A stretch of DNA of 64,000 bases from the human T2T-CHM13v2.0 reference genome, Homo sapiens: NCBI RefSeq assembly GCF_009914755.1, contig NC_060934.1; one strand, given 5' to 3'. Position numbers and translations under genes: made by a program. A model generated the notes under the pieces. It was not told the DNA's origin. It searched no databases and saw only the letters and a list, made by a program, of their open reading frames with translations. Below are positions 48,996 through 63,060 of this stretch, one piece after another; within the stretch, counting starts at the first letter, position 1; every line of letters begins with the position of its first letter.

Positions 48996-49145
48996 TTAAT
49001 TTAGTGAAGGAGAGCGATCTGTGGTCCAGAGTAACTCAATGTATGGCCATTTGGTTTGCAGACAGCGTTTAATAGGAGTGTCATCTGTCTGTAGCATGGG
49101 ATCTTCAAAACCCATCACAACTGCAGTCCCTTCTACGTACATGAC
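48996..49145 (-). CDS. MINDY3: MINDY3 terminal exon, coding part: VMYVEGTAVVMGFEDPMLQTDDTPIKRCLQTKWPYIELLWTTDRSPSLN*
   Basis: Acceptor ttttgttcaacAG, 49 codons, then TAA at 48996-48998. Recognised as the MINDY3 C-terminus. Confidence 0.97.
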   Translation of the reverse strand, partial: VMYVEGTAVVMGFEDPMLQTDDTPIKRCLQTKWPYIELLWTTDRSPSLN

Positions 49146-50839
49146 CTGTTGAACAAAATAAAGCCACCAAGGTCAAGCAACAGTCTTAGCAAATTCTTAT
49201 GTGGAATGAAAACAATTTTTAGAGGCTAGCAAATAAGGTATTACATAGTTTCAGATGAAACTTGACATGTAATTTTATTTTGCTAGAAATGAGAAGGAAT
49301 ATCTGCTTACTGATTAATGTGAAAGTAAATTTGTAAACGATATTTAATTGCTAGCTGGCCAGGTGATTTTTAAAAAATTCAAGATCATGTGAATCCTAAA
49401 ACACATAGATTGTTTCTAAGAAAAAAAACATTCTTCAACGGATCTATACCATCGGAAAGAAATGCTTAATTATCATATTTACATATAATTTATACAGGTC
49501 CTACTGCTTTAATACTGAGGTTCTCAGATGCTCATGCTGCCTAATGAAACGGAGAGCTATAAAAGGAATATAGCTATTATGTTCTGAGGAACATGTGTCT
49601 CCTTCTAATTTAAGTATTGAATTTCTAGAGCTGAAACCAATTTGAATGTTTGTCAACAAAACTTGCTATTATGGTATTAAATATTCCTGAAATGCAATTC
49701 ATGAGTGCATTCTGTACAGCATGAAAAATCATGGAGAAAAAAATTAAAAAGGATGTCAGGACAGAAAGAAAAGTAAAAGAGACGTTGAAAGATCAAACTA
49801 ACCAGATACTGTATATGCAGTGGCAGTGATCACAGAAATATATACTGGCAGGTGAATAGCAAGAAAAATTTTATTCTGATTAATTTACAATGAAACATAC
49901 TTAAAAAGTATTTTGGACATATCAACAAAAACCCTAACTCATTACCAAGGGCTCACTGTGGACATTAAGGCACTCCTTGGTGGTTAATTTCTTTTTTGTA
50001 CCAAGAGAAATTCTGATGCTGTATAATTTAAAAGAAACAGATACAGACGACTGTCTTCTTCCAAAGTGTATAAAATTATTTTTACACATTCACTGGCTGA
50101 TACACATGAGTGTAATTATGTTCTTCCAAAATAAAAGCCATAAGCTATTTAAGGAGCCAAAAGAAACAACTTTATTATCCTTAAATGGTAGTTGCCTCTA
50201 AAACACATTAAATATAGGAATAGAATATATTACTAGATCAGATAATCTTGTGTCATGAATCTACTCATTCCTAAGAAAGTGCTAAAGATACATTGTAACG
50301 TGAAATACATTTTTTGGCATCTTTATTTTAGTTAATATATTAGTTTCTAGTGTTGATGAAATAAATTGACATTGAAACTACAACTCGGGCTTTTCAGTCC
50401 CCAAAGCAAAACTGCCTTCTCTGAAAAGTTATACACAAAGAATATAATTCAAGTTATTAAGTTAAATACAATCGGCCCTATTTTTCACAAAGAACTTCAT
50501 GTACTCATGTCATTAGAGCAGAAGTGCTTGGGCAAGGTGCCATGACCCACCTCCATGGCCTCAATCAGGCTCGGATGCCTGGCGGCTCAGACTCCATCTC
50601 ACTTTGCCAGCATTCTCCTTTTGTCTGTTTCCTTTCTAACAGGACCTTGCTATGCAGCTTATAATTTTAGCTCCTGATTAACTTCAAAACATATTTCTGT
50701 GACTTAATGACATCCATACTTTGCTTTATAGCTGCTGTATATTACTGTCATTTTAACAGTTCATCCTATTTGTTTTCTAATCTTTTTGTTGGTGTGTCAG
50801 AAGCTTGTCACAAACATGATTTGAAAACTTATACTACAT

Positions 50840-51040
50840 ACAGGTAGAGTGGCCAAGCAGACCAAGGACAGGATTGGGAATCAGGAACTCAGTTCCAATC
50901 CCTGTTCTGCCAATGACTTGCTGTGTGACCCTGGGTGAGTCACTTGATCTCCCCGTCTCAGATGCCTCATCTGTAAAATATGGATAATATTTGACCTATC
51001 TTGCAGGGATTGTGTAGGTGAATAATTAGTGATTATAAAG
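50840..51040 (+). mobile_element. MIR
   Basis: ttgctgtgtgaccctgggtgagtcactt...cctcatctgtaaaat. Confidence 0.85.
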
Positions 51041-52158
51041 TACCTCCTATTACAAAGCTGTGCAAACATCAAACTCTAGATGAAGCACTCATTCGCACAT
51101 TAGAAAACAACATCCAAGTTTGCATATATATATACATGCAAAGAATATACATTGTCAAGAAAATTTGGATGCTGTATATATATATCTTTGGACCTGACAA
51201 AAACATCTAATTTATATTTTGTTATAAAGATAGCAGTAAATTTTAGTCTTTTAGATTTGGTCTAATTAAAATTATGTACTTAATTTACACTGTTTTCTGT
51301 AACCTTCCACAATTTAGATACATGAAGTCAGCATGGGCAGATCAAATTAAAAAGGAATGTTAGACCTTATTCCTTTAATATTAGCTATAACTAATACATA
51401 TATATTATATATATATATATATACTATAACTAGTATGTACTGTAACTCATACTTGAATAAATGCAAAGATAATAGACACACAAAAAGGGGAAATCAATGC
51501 AGCCGAACTCTAGCTTTACGCCAGGTTGAGTACACCTGGCAGTGAATCACCTATGTGCTTTGTCAACGGTTAGCAAAGGAAAGCTGCAAAGCATCATGGG
51601 TAGGAGCATGGTCTCTGAGCTGGACTAAGTTTCACTCCCAGCTCTGTCATTTCCTGGCTGCTTGACCTGTAAAATGGAGATATACAGACAACACTTCCTT
51701 CATAAGGTGCTGTGAAACTTAAGCAAAGTACTTAATACAATTTCGGGTAAATGCTCAATATATGCTGACTATGAAGGTTATTTATTTAAAAATATTTTTT
51801 CCAGTAAAAAGTCTCACTGTTACCTCTTTCTTCCTTTAAATGGATAAGTAACAACTTTCACTGGACTAACTACGATGTTGATTTAGAAACACGCTACACT
51901 GCCAAGGGTAACGATCTGTATGGGGGTGTATTTAGTCATGGTGAAACTACTGCTCTGAAGTCCAATGTCAGTTTCCAATGCAGACTAACATATACTGGTC
52001 AAATCCAAAGATGGCTGATTCTAAAATGTGTCCTCATAGTAAAGAGACTCCTGGAATAATCTTAGGTAGCAATTGTACGGGAATCGAACATTGTTACATA
52101 CTCACATAATTATTTCATCAACCCAGTTGAACACCGACGACTACGTGAATTATCATAC

Positions 52159-52230
52159 CTTTTCATTATAATTTGACTGCTTCAATCCATTGTAGTGGTA
52201 GACAGTAAAAGATTCTGGACCACTGGAGCC
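52159..52230 (-). CDS. MINDY3: MINDY3 penultimate coding exon (72 nt): GSSGPESFTVYHYNGLKQSNYNEK
   Basis: AG acceptor at 52231-52232 and donor AAG|GTATGA. Phase 0/0, open frame. Confidence 0.96.
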
Positions 52231-53929
52231 CTATTATAAATAAAGGACTATTAACACTTTAAATTATATTTATATCAGGCAATTTCTAATCAACTGAAAG
52301 TAAAATGCATGTTTCTCAAATCCTTATCCTTTGACTGGGGACTCATTTGACAAAAGAAGGAACTTAGGTTTATGGAGTTGTAACTACCAGAAAGCCCTGA
52401 AGTTGAAAGTGTTGCCTCTGAAGAAGATGCTGGAAAGTAGGGAAGGTTGATTTCCATTATAAGCTCTTCAGAACTAACTTATTTTTTTTTTAATTATGTG
52501 CATGTATCACTATAACTTTTTTCAAAAGACAAGCTTCTAAAACATTTGCTAAAGTATATCTCCTTTTCTATGTAAATAATTTGTTCCTCTCAATGAATTG
52601 AGAAAAGCAGTAGCATCACTTTTACTCAGACTAAATACACTTCCAGTATGTACCAATACTTCCAATTTGGCCCACGATGTTTAATTAGTGGTTTCTTTTC
52701 CAAAAAATATCCAATATTTGAATATTGTCAACCATTAATTAGTGAAAAGAGCACTGTGAGAAATGAAAACATACTTATAATGCTTAAGGCGATTTCAGTA
52801 ATATTCAATAAAGAAAGGATATCCTATATATCACTAACAGAGTAAGCTTGTAGAAAAATGGGTCATGTTATTCCCACTATCTTAACCTTGCTTTTCAATT
52901 AGCTAAAGATCACGTTCAACCCTCTTAACCTGGCGTTCAAGGCCATTACAGGCCTGGCTCCCAGTGATTTCCCTCAGGGCCCCTGGCTGAGTCTGCCTGG
53001 ATAGATCCCCCTTGTCTTCCTGGCCATATCCGATGGATACAAACAGGCACATGGCCCTCCTTAGAATTTTTTCCAACTGGAATTAAGGGAAGACAGCTGC
53101 TGGCAACTGGAGCTTCAGCTCCTACAGAAAGATAGGCTGTGAGAATGTAGCCACTTTAGAGACAGGGGATGGGAGGTGGAGACCTCCCAGTGCTGTTCAA
53201 GGACTCCAGGAGCACTTTCCCGGTGCTTGCTTCTTCAATTCACCTGAGCTACTCCTTCCCCTTCATGTATTTTCCCCCTCACTTATGCCAATTTAGGCTG
53301 AGGTTCTGTGACCTGCAATCATGAGTCTTAAAATCATACAGGGCTTAATCTACCTTTTTAGTCTTATCTCCAACTACTCACCTTTCTGAATTCTGTTTTG
53401 GACAAGCATGACTCATTTCATCATGAAAAGATCTTTTGTTGGCCTTTTGCACATTCATGATTTTTTTTTACTCTTCTCTAAAATGCCCTCCTCTCCTTCC
53501 TTTTTCCAGACCTGGTTTAAATCTTACTTTTTCTGTAAAGTTTTTCCTGGACACACTAGTTAGTTTTTTACTACACTGGAACTTAACCTTTATCATAACA
53601 ATTGTCTAAATAATTTGAGAAGGAATCATATAGTACTACTTTGTATCATCTCTTCTATTATTTTGAAAGACTGTTTAATTTTTCATGTCTTACATTCCCA
53701 ACTAAAGCCTAAAATTGTTTTGTATCCCACTCAAAATGCCTTACAGAAAATAGAAAAATCAATTTGATCGTTTCCTTAATTACAGGAGTCATTGCAATTA
53801 GTTACATAATTTGACTCTTGGCTATCAGAGTTAAATTATTTGAACTTAAATAACCATTTTCCTGTAACTGAATATAATTTATATTCCCTATTTCCAGTAA
53901 TTAACTGGCATAAAATACAGAAATACCAA

Positions 53930-54230
53930 CAAAAAGTAGTGTAGCCCACTGGTAAAGTGCATAGACTCTGTGGTTAGACAGACTATATTGGATTTCTGAA
54001 TCAGCTACTAAAATACCTAGTGTATGACCTTAAACAATTGTCTTAAGTTCTCTAATCTTCAATTTCCTCATTGTCAAAAAATTCCTGAATCAGCTACTAA
54101 GATACCTAGTGTATGACCTTCAACAATCGTCTTAAGTTCTCTAATCCTCAATTTCCTCATTGTCAAAATGGGGAAGATAATAGTATGGTGTTTGGAAGGC
54201 ACACAGTGCCTGATGGAGAGTATGTGCTTG
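53930..54230 (+). mobile_element. MIR with an 88-bp tandem duplication
   Basis: MIR core duplicated at 53992-54079 and 54081-54168. Confidence 0.85.
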
Positions 54231-54463
54231 GGAAAGGGGAGCTGCTTCTGCTATTCTTATTTAAACGAATGGTCTTGAAAAGCTTATAAATATTACCACT
54301 TTTTTCTTCCTGCATCAGCCTCTACATCATAGCAAATAAGTGTTCTTCCACAGGACCTACTTGAAGCATTGTAAAGATTACCGAAGTTAAATATTTTCCT
54401 GGCTGTCCTTGTCACTCCAGTTTTGCAACTTCATTTATTTGTGGCTGATTAAATAAATGTTTA

Positions 54464-54766
<303 letters not shown>

Positions 54767-54978
54767 TCACTATATTCATCTGTTAGGGACAAGGCAGTAT
54801 GTGACTAATTGCCAAAAGGAGTGTTGAGTCACTATGCATTTTGTGGCTACAGGGGAAAGGGGACATCAGTGGTATGTAGGGCATGATCGGAAAAGATCTA
54901 TGACACCGAGGGCGTCTGAGCTGCTATAGGATGGGAACAGATGGGAATAGGTGGGACTGTGACAGGTCTTCCTCTAAA

Positions 54979-55130
54979 GCAGCTGTTCTCTAACTTGGGC
55001 CTCCAGATCACTTGCAGGGCTTGTTAGACCACATTGCTGCACCCACCCTTAAAGTCTCTGCTTCAGGGAGAAACCTGAGAATTAGCATTTCTAACAAGCT
55101 CTTGGAGATCATACTGAGAACTCACTGCTC
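54979..55130. mobile_element. MER5A-type MITE
   Basis: gttctctaacttgg...gggcttgttag...gagaattagcatttctaacaagct. Confidence 0.75.
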
Positions 55131-56564
55131 TAAAGGTAACCAAGAGCAGGATCACATGCTCGTGGGAGGCAAACAGCATGAACTATACAGACAATGAGAC
55201 AAACCAGGCCCAGGTGGAGAGTGTCTTCAGAATAGCAGGCAACAAGTAAACAGTGAGAGAGGAACACAGAGGCAACAAACAGTACAACCAAATGGAAATG
55301 TCTGTTACAGGCGAAAGAGAAGGGACTAGAACCCTCTTTTTACCTAAAAAATTACTACAAGTAACTGTCTCACTTTACATTTCTCACTTTTCAAAATCTT
55401 CCCCAAATTAAATTAAAAACAGGAATATTCTTTTTATTATAACTAAGAATCAACATTTCTATCAAAAGTTCCGATAGCAGCCTTGAAATATAATTAAAAT
55501 TAATACTGTCTCAAAGTTTAAGATGGTATAATGTATTATTAATCCAGATATCCAGTCAGAATGTGAACAAAGAGGATATCACACTGAAGGGTCTAATGTC
55601 GGACAATAAAATCTAATTTTTCATGAAGGCTTTAAGACCAAAGTTTTAAGAAGTCCAGTAGTCTACATTGTCTACATTGTGATATCCTCAGTTACTTTTT
55701 GAATCTTACCTCTTTCTTAACAATTTTATCTTGAGTTTAACAATCTTTTTTAACAATTACATTCTGAATTTTAGTAATTATATTTTGAAATTTTCCCTCT
55801 TGCTTTTAAATTTTTTCTATTTGTCAATATGTCTCTCTAATAATAGCGGTAAAATAGAAATTGGAATGTCTATTGCAACAATGAACTTCAGTGCAAACTA
55901 TACTGATATCTGATAAAATGACCATGATATCTGTTATCTAGTTAAGTAATTTGATTTAGTGGTAAAATGCTTCACTTAGAGAACAAAGACAGAAAGATGG
56001 GTATTGGATATAGAACTGGCTTGCCAATGATGCAGATACAACTCAAAAACATTCAGGTTGGCCCAGATGCCTCTGCTATTCCAGGTAACTGAGCTCCTAT
56101 CAAAGCCCAGTGGAAGACATGTCCCAATGGGAAACGGCCCAGACCCACTTAGGTTTTAATTCTCCAGGAGCTTAGCTTCACTAGCTAGGGGCTTCTACTA
56201 CCCACAGCCACCTTGACCTCTTCTCACAGTATTTAACAGCTTCCTGAGAGAAGAAAAGTGGGGGTGGGAGTGGAGAAAGAGAATCTTTCTCTTTTTACTC
56301 CTCAAACTTCCGAACTGTTCTCTCCGTATCATTATGTGTATAGACTGGTGTCTGCGTCATCTTCTGCTGCCCTCCCCATCAAGGCACTGCGTTACCGTAT
56401 TCGAACACACATTCCCTCTGTCTGGGAAGGTTTCCATGTAACGGTGTTTTCTCAGTCTCATATCTGCGCATTAGGACATTGTACAGAAAGAGAAAATGCT
56501 GCAAACAATCACAGGTAATCATCCCAACAGAATAACAATGAATATATTTCCTCAACTATGTTAC

Positions 56565-56652
56565 CTGATCAGGAAAAAATTCTTGAAGAAATGGGCCCAA
56601 TAATATGATTCCTAATCCTTCTGGATCTAATTTATTCTTCATGAGATTTATA
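56565..56652 (-). CDS. MINDY3: MINDY3 coding exon (88 nt): (Y)INLMKNKLDPEGLGIILLGPFLQEFFPDQ
   Basis: Acceptor tcttctttctccccgtAG and donor CAG|GTAACA. Phase matches both neighbours (TA+T = Tyr). Confidence 0.96.
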
Positions 56653-59250
56653 CTACGGGGAGAAAGAAGAAAAACAGTGGATACCAGAGGAAAAAAAAAA
56701 GCTGCTTTTCTTTCATGATTAAATTACTGGTACTACAACACATTCGGCTGCCAAAAACACTAAGAGCTGTTCTTTTTAGAACCTTAATGACAAATACACA
56801 GGAATGACATCTAATTTGCCAAACTTGGTTATTTTTAAACTAGAGTAATCTGTTACTATTTAAAATTTAAATTGTGATGACTTTGGAATATTGTTCCTTA
56901 TTAGGTAAAGTAATTTAAAAACCAAGGTTTATAAACTCAAGCTTGTAACTTCCCAAAGGCAAATTCTCTTTGCTTCATAGGTATGCCTGAATTTAACAAA
57001 TGAGGCATTTAACTAACAAAATGTTTTTCTTTTTCTCCTTGGGCTTAAAATACAGGGTCAAAAGGCAGTGGTACATCAGATAATAGAAAACATCTCTTAA
57101 AAAGCTTACTTTTAAAAACTAAATGAGATAGCAGCTTAAAATTCATAGACAATGTAATTTGAAGGTTAAAGAGCTACATTAATTCTCAAAGAGCTAATGC
57201 GTCATGAATGACAGTGACTGATATATACTGTATTGGTCCAGCAGCAGCCTAAAGTGCATACCAGCCCTTACAATGCAGGTGTACCAAGGCTGGTGACAGG
57301 TGGTGTTATGTGTGACTAGAAAGAAGGAAGAAGAAGGCAGAAGAAGGCAGACTGCAGTTTAATGGGTTTAAAAATGAAAATAGTCTTCAGAAAAGTTTTA
57401 TTTTCCTTGCTATCTCAAACTATAAAGGCCAAGTTAAATCTACCTTACTACACAACATGCAAAGTGTTGTGTTTGGGGATTTCAGGTGGTTCTAGTCAAC
57501 CACCTTCCTCAGGGGCAACTTCTCTCCTTTCAGTTTGCCTCTTCGGTCTGGGTCAGTTACCAGGTGTGCCTTTCACAAAAGGAGTTAAAGCTATTCTTGT
57601 GAGGGTAAGCTATGTTTTAAGGTTTATGAAAGCTGCATCTGCGCTGACATAGCCATCTCTCCCGGAAACACCTGGGTCAGGCTGCCTCACAGACCTCCTA
57701 CCTGACGTCTAGTATTGGCCCTGTGAGATACTTTTGTGGGCCTGTGGCTATCATTCTTGTATAGTATACTGTACAAAGGATATGGCATTTTAATGAGTCT
57801 GAGTAAGGCCGGGAAGTTATGATGAAACAAATGAAGGCAGGGTCATTTGTGTTTAATTCATTTAATCCTTAGGATGGCCCAGTTATTTCATGGGCCATTC
57901 TGTATTACAGTTGTAAATAGGCCAAAGTAGAGTGAATACTTCAGTCCAATCTTTCAACTACTTCAAGAAAAACAACCTGATTGAATCAATTGTACTAACT
58001 TCATGATTCAAGGTACGTTTTCCATCTGATAAAACAAGGAAAATTAGGTAGATGATATATAGCTATGGAAGAATTTGGAAAAAAAAAAACTTTCTTCTTT
58101 CTCTTCCTTGTCTTAGGCTGGTCAGTAACAAAAATTACTTGAGTTAATTCTCTTTTGTAAATTAGAGCAGTGTAAACAACATGGTCTCTACTTGGAAATA
58201 AAGTTAGAAGAAGTATAGTAATTACTATCATACCATTTGTTGGACTAGTTCAACACTCTGAATTTCTCTTTAAATTGAAAACAATTATTCATTTATTAAT
58301 ATTTCTAACTATTGAGAATGGATGAAATCACAGCTCTGAGTAGTAAGCTTGAGACACATTAATTCAGATGTGGCTAGTTTATGTGTATTGCATACTTTCA
58401 AAGAAAGTATGACTGAACTCATCTAAAAACGGAACAAGACCAAATTCTAAAAACGGTGTCTACCAATGTTTCCTGTTGCTTTTGCTGAACTCTTTCATTA
58501 TGTTTGATAAGCTCAAGTTTTTGCATTCTTAGAAAAACTTGCAGAAGGAAAAACTATGCTGAAAAAAGGAGTAAAGGTCCTATCTTAACTTTTATTCCCA
58601 TATTTGATCAATACATGTATCCACTTAAGAAGAGTTATTTTTTCATGGATAATAACTAAAGATCTTAATCTACAGAGGAAGTTGTAGATGTAACAATGCA
58701 TAAAACATAACAGTGAGAATGAAGACAATGACAGGATCCTAAGAAAATACTGAAAAACGATATGCCATAATATATTGCAGCCATCCCTAAAAGTTTCAGG
58801 TCAGTTAATTTAATCATTTAGAAATGTTAGATATCTTTGATCATCTTTATTTAAGAGGGAAAGTCAGAGGCCTGCTGGTTATTTAAGCAGGGCAACTAGC
58901 ACCATCTACACAGAACCGTCATTACTTTACTGAAGATACTAATGTCACATAAAATTTTAAGACGTGGGGAAGTGTTTGCAGAGAAACTTTTTAAAGTTTA
59001 TAGAAAGACACTTTTAGCATTTTTTAAAAAGCAGGACAGTAATTGCTGGGTGGGAAAGGAAACTCAATTTAAGTATGTCAAGTCTGCTATAATATTGGAT
59101 TAGTTCGATTTCTTAATCTTTGCCTTACATAGATTGCTATGCTTCATATATGCAGATATAGATTTTTAAAAAGGCAAAAAATGTACAATATGTCTTAAAC
59201 TTAATCGAATCTTTTTGAGTTGGCTAAATAACACTTCCTATTTAGCTTAC

Positions 59251-59323
59251 TATTCAGGATCTGAAACAAGGTCCAATGCTTTCATCACATCTTCCAGAAG
59301 TGAATCGGGTATGAATCCATTAT
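59251..59323 (-). CDS. MINDY3: MINDY3 internal coding exon (4th from last, 73 nt): (D)NGFIPDSLLEDVMKALDLVSDPE(Y)
   Basis: Acceptor ttttttcccccctAG and donor TA|GTAAGC. Splices in frame to the next exon, and the peptide is recognised as the MINDY3 EF-hand-like region. Upstream exons lie beyond the window. Confidence 0.96.
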
Positions 59324-60657
59324 CTAGGGGGGAAAAAATCAGAAACAACTTGAAATAAGAATTTAGTTCAAGAAATGCTATTAATGCTGATCAGGTTCCA
59401 GGAAAAAAAAATCGCATAAAAAATACAAAGAGTTAACATACTATTCCTTAAGTTTATTTTAGGCATAGTGCCTATTGCTATTAGAGACCCTCTTCTATTT
59501 GTTTTCTTGGAAACATCGGCAAATACTTAAAAATATTTTTTAACTTGAGAACTCCGACGAAAGCTTAAAGTCAAATTACTTGATCTTTAAACAGTGTTAC
59601 AGCGTTAAGTGGGTAAAATATTTTTCTACTTAAAATCTTAGGTTTATCTTTCAATAAACAAAGTAAACCTTTACATTTGCATTTAACAATTCAATTAAAA
59701 TAATTCTTTACCAACAAATTCCCTTTGTCACAATGTTATTTAGTTTCTTGAAGGAATGTCAGTGATCCACTGATACTTAGACAACTGACAGATTAACAGC
59801 AAAGGTATTCTAAAACAGACTTGGTGATTTAAATGAAAGCTGTAGGTTTAAAAAAAACAGCCCTGAAATGAAGAGTCAAACTAATGCTGATGATGACTAC
59901 TTTATGGAAAATGGTCCAAACTCTGATGATGCAACAGACCATGACACACACAAAGTCCTTGTGGGGTAGTTTGAAATGAGAGTGGTTTTAAACAAAAGTT
60001 GTTTATTCCTTAAATGTACAGTGCCCAATTTTCCCTATCCATTTACTCATTCCTGAAGATTGTCTCAGCTTTAAATCAGCTTCCAATGTCCTTCAGGGAT
60101 TAGATGATTAAAAAAAAAATCTTGCCATGGAGAACAAGATGTCCAAAAGCCCTGCTCCTATAATCAAACTACAGAATAAAGTGTGCAGTTGCTCTTTCAG
60201 GGTGTGGAATTGTACACTATCTCTATCAGAAAGGAATGAAGTTATGATTGTAGAAAGGTCTTTTCTATTCTTAAACCTCTTTTCTATTCTTAAACCTCAT
60301 AAGGAGCTGTTTACCCATTTGAAGACAGATTGGCCTTGACTAAAAGGTTATGAGTCATCTAGAATAATTAAAAATGTGCAATTTTTTAAGTGAAGGGTTT
60401 AGAGTAATTCCAGTTTGTTAAGTTACCAATAATTTGAGGTACTGAGAATAAAGACGACCTTGGTTGAAGGCACTTGTGAAAACATTCAAGCTCTGGCTCT
60501 GTGGGCTTAGCTTTGATGAGTCTGATCACTGATTTTGCTTAAGTTAAGTCATAGCTAAAGGCTCAGCGTCTCCGAATGTGAAACAGGCTTTATGTGGCCA
60601 CCAACAGACAGGAACAATTAGGTTTCTGTGTTTATAGGCTATATCCATTTGATATTA

Positions 60658-60856
60658 CAGGTGGAGTCTCCCTCATCCAAAATGCCTGGGTCTAGAAATG
60701 TTTTAGATTTCAAATTTTTTCTGGTTTATGAATATTTGCAAATATATAATGGCTGAACATCCCTGATCTGGTCCAAAATCTGAAATGCTCCACGGTGTCA
60801 TATTGGCACTCAAAATTTTGGAGGATCAACCTTTCGGGTGAGGGATGCTCAGTCTG
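60658..60856. mobile_element. Tigger4a MITE
   Basis: TA-caggtggagtctccctcatccaaaatgcctggg ... agggatgctcagtctg-TA. Confidence 0.85.
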
Positions 60857-62899
60857 TACACCGTTTTTCAGGAGCACTGACAGCATGTACTTTGTCATGG
60901 CTGGCAGCCTTTCCGCAGAAACCATAACCTGCAACTCAGTTCCCACCCCAACCAAGAGCTAATTGGCAAATGACAACAAAAACAACAATGTGACCTTCTT
61001 AACAACATGCTTATATATGATTAACCTCAAGCTTAAACATTTTTAAGGTAGCTATGAGATTTACAACTCATAAGCACAGATATTCTGAAGTGTAACCATA
61101 ACTGTACCCGGTCAGTAACTCTACATTTTGTACATTTAGTATTTTAAAACTAAAGATGTAATAGAATTTTCTCAATAATTCAAAACTTTTAATATACTCA
61201 AGATTAGAAGAGATTTCAAAATTATTTTCCTTTGTAGAAGACTTACTTTGACATGTTAACCATACCTACAAAAAATTCCTTAGAAAAAGGCCAGAATCAT
61301 TAAGTGTAAAAACAGATGAAACCTAGGTCATCTGACATTTCACCAACTGACTCCCTAGAGAATAAGGAAACAGAGGCACAAAGATGAAAAGACAACCTCA
61401 AAGTCAACAGCAAAGGAAATCTCAGAGAATACCATTTGATTAGTCAAGCAGATCTATGAAGAACTAAAAGAAAAAAATAGAACTTGCATACACTGGTAAA
61501 TTAACTACATAGATATCAACACAAAAGAATGGGGACTATGAGGCAGGGCAAGCAAAAGAGGGCAGAGCAGCCAGGATGGGAAACGGCTAGCATGTACATA
61601 CTGTAATGCTGTTGGATTGTGGCTGAAAGGAGGAAAAAAGCTGTTGGTTTAAAATTTTAAAAGATTTTTACCAGTTGAATATCCAGATTGCTAAAAGTGT
61701 CAAGTCCTTAGAGATTGTGGGGAGGAATAACTCAATGCAAAGGAGCGCTGATGAAGGACAGTGAAAGTGAGGCATGTAATTTCCTGGATAAGATAACTAT
61801 TTCATAACTGGGAGGAAACCTGAGTTGGGCTTTCAAAGGAAATATAAAACAATCAGGATTTCTGTCCTGAAAGATTAAGAAATAAACAGGAGAGCCTAGC
61901 AGGTCTCAATTTTAACAGAGATACTAGCTAAACTGGACACTGCAGGAAGAGAAGCCAAATGTTGGATACTCAAAACTAACAGAGAAGCTGGAAAAAGGTT
62001 TCTCAGAGTTGTGCAACAAACAGCTTATAAGGAAACTGTGAAGCCCACTGTACTTGAGACTAACATTTTCCATACACTGTGGGAGAGGGAGACTACAGTT
62101 TCTTGGGAATTAAAAAAAAAATAGAATTTAATAAAGCCTTAGTATTTATTAAATTGTAGGTCTATATTCCTATTGAAAAAGCAAGTGACCTTTTCCCCAA
62201 GGCCAAGTCACACACCAGAGCTGAGCTTTTCCAGACCTCTTTGGCATTACTTCTGGCTCCCCAGTGGGCAATGAGTTCTGGAGGGCAGGGAGTCCAGATC
62301 CCCAGGGCCTAGCACAGTGGTTGACTCATAGCTGCTCGTTAACATTTGTTACTTTTAATGATACAAGCTCATAAATAAGTAGCTCATTTATAGCTTGTAC
62401 TGCAAATTCACTTTTATTATGGGATGGAAAAGGTACAAAATATGGTGGCACTATACAGAAAACTGTTAGCTGGGGATGCCTGACAGAAACAGTGCTAACA
62501 GTGACGGGAGGCCACAGCAAGGGCACAGGGAGGAGCATTTATTTAAAAGGAACAGAAAAGACAAGGCAATTCTAGAGAATGCCTAGGGAGTGGTGTATAT
62601 TAAGCTCTACCTACAATAGTCCAATTATTCTTAAAGATTAAAAAAATGCAGTACACTGAAATCAGACAAAATATGGCTGTCAACATATTTTAGCAACTTA
62701 ACAAAACAAACAGCTTCAGATTTAAAAGAAATGGTGTTGCTTCCTGACATATAATTGTACAAGGGGGAGGGGATAAAGGAGAAAGAAGAAAACAAAATTC
62801 ATTATGTATAATGTGAAAACCTGTGATTAGCAGTTCAGACACTACCTATGTAGACCTTGATGTCTTTGGAGGTTATGGAATAAGCTCTGTGCCACACAT

Positions 62900-63060
62900 T
62901 TTTTAAAAAAACAACACCATGGTTAATGTATTGAGTGCTGACTAATCATATAAAGTTACTCTTAAGTCCATTTTACAGATGAAAAACTGAGGTAGGAACT
63001 CGTCCAACATCACACAGCTAGTGAGGCGTAACGGATGGAGCCATTTTCCTGGTATCCAGA
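62900..63060 (-). mobile_element. MIR
   Basis: ccattttacagatgaaaaactgagg...cacacagctagt. Confidence 0.8.

Noticed and set aside
56396-56463. Possible 68-nt cryptic MINDY3 exon (gcgcAG ... ACG|GTAACG) with an immediate TGA
   Set aside because: The polypyrimidine tract is displaced from the AG and the upstream intron would be only 101 nt. Too weak without RNA data, although local CpG retention is notable.
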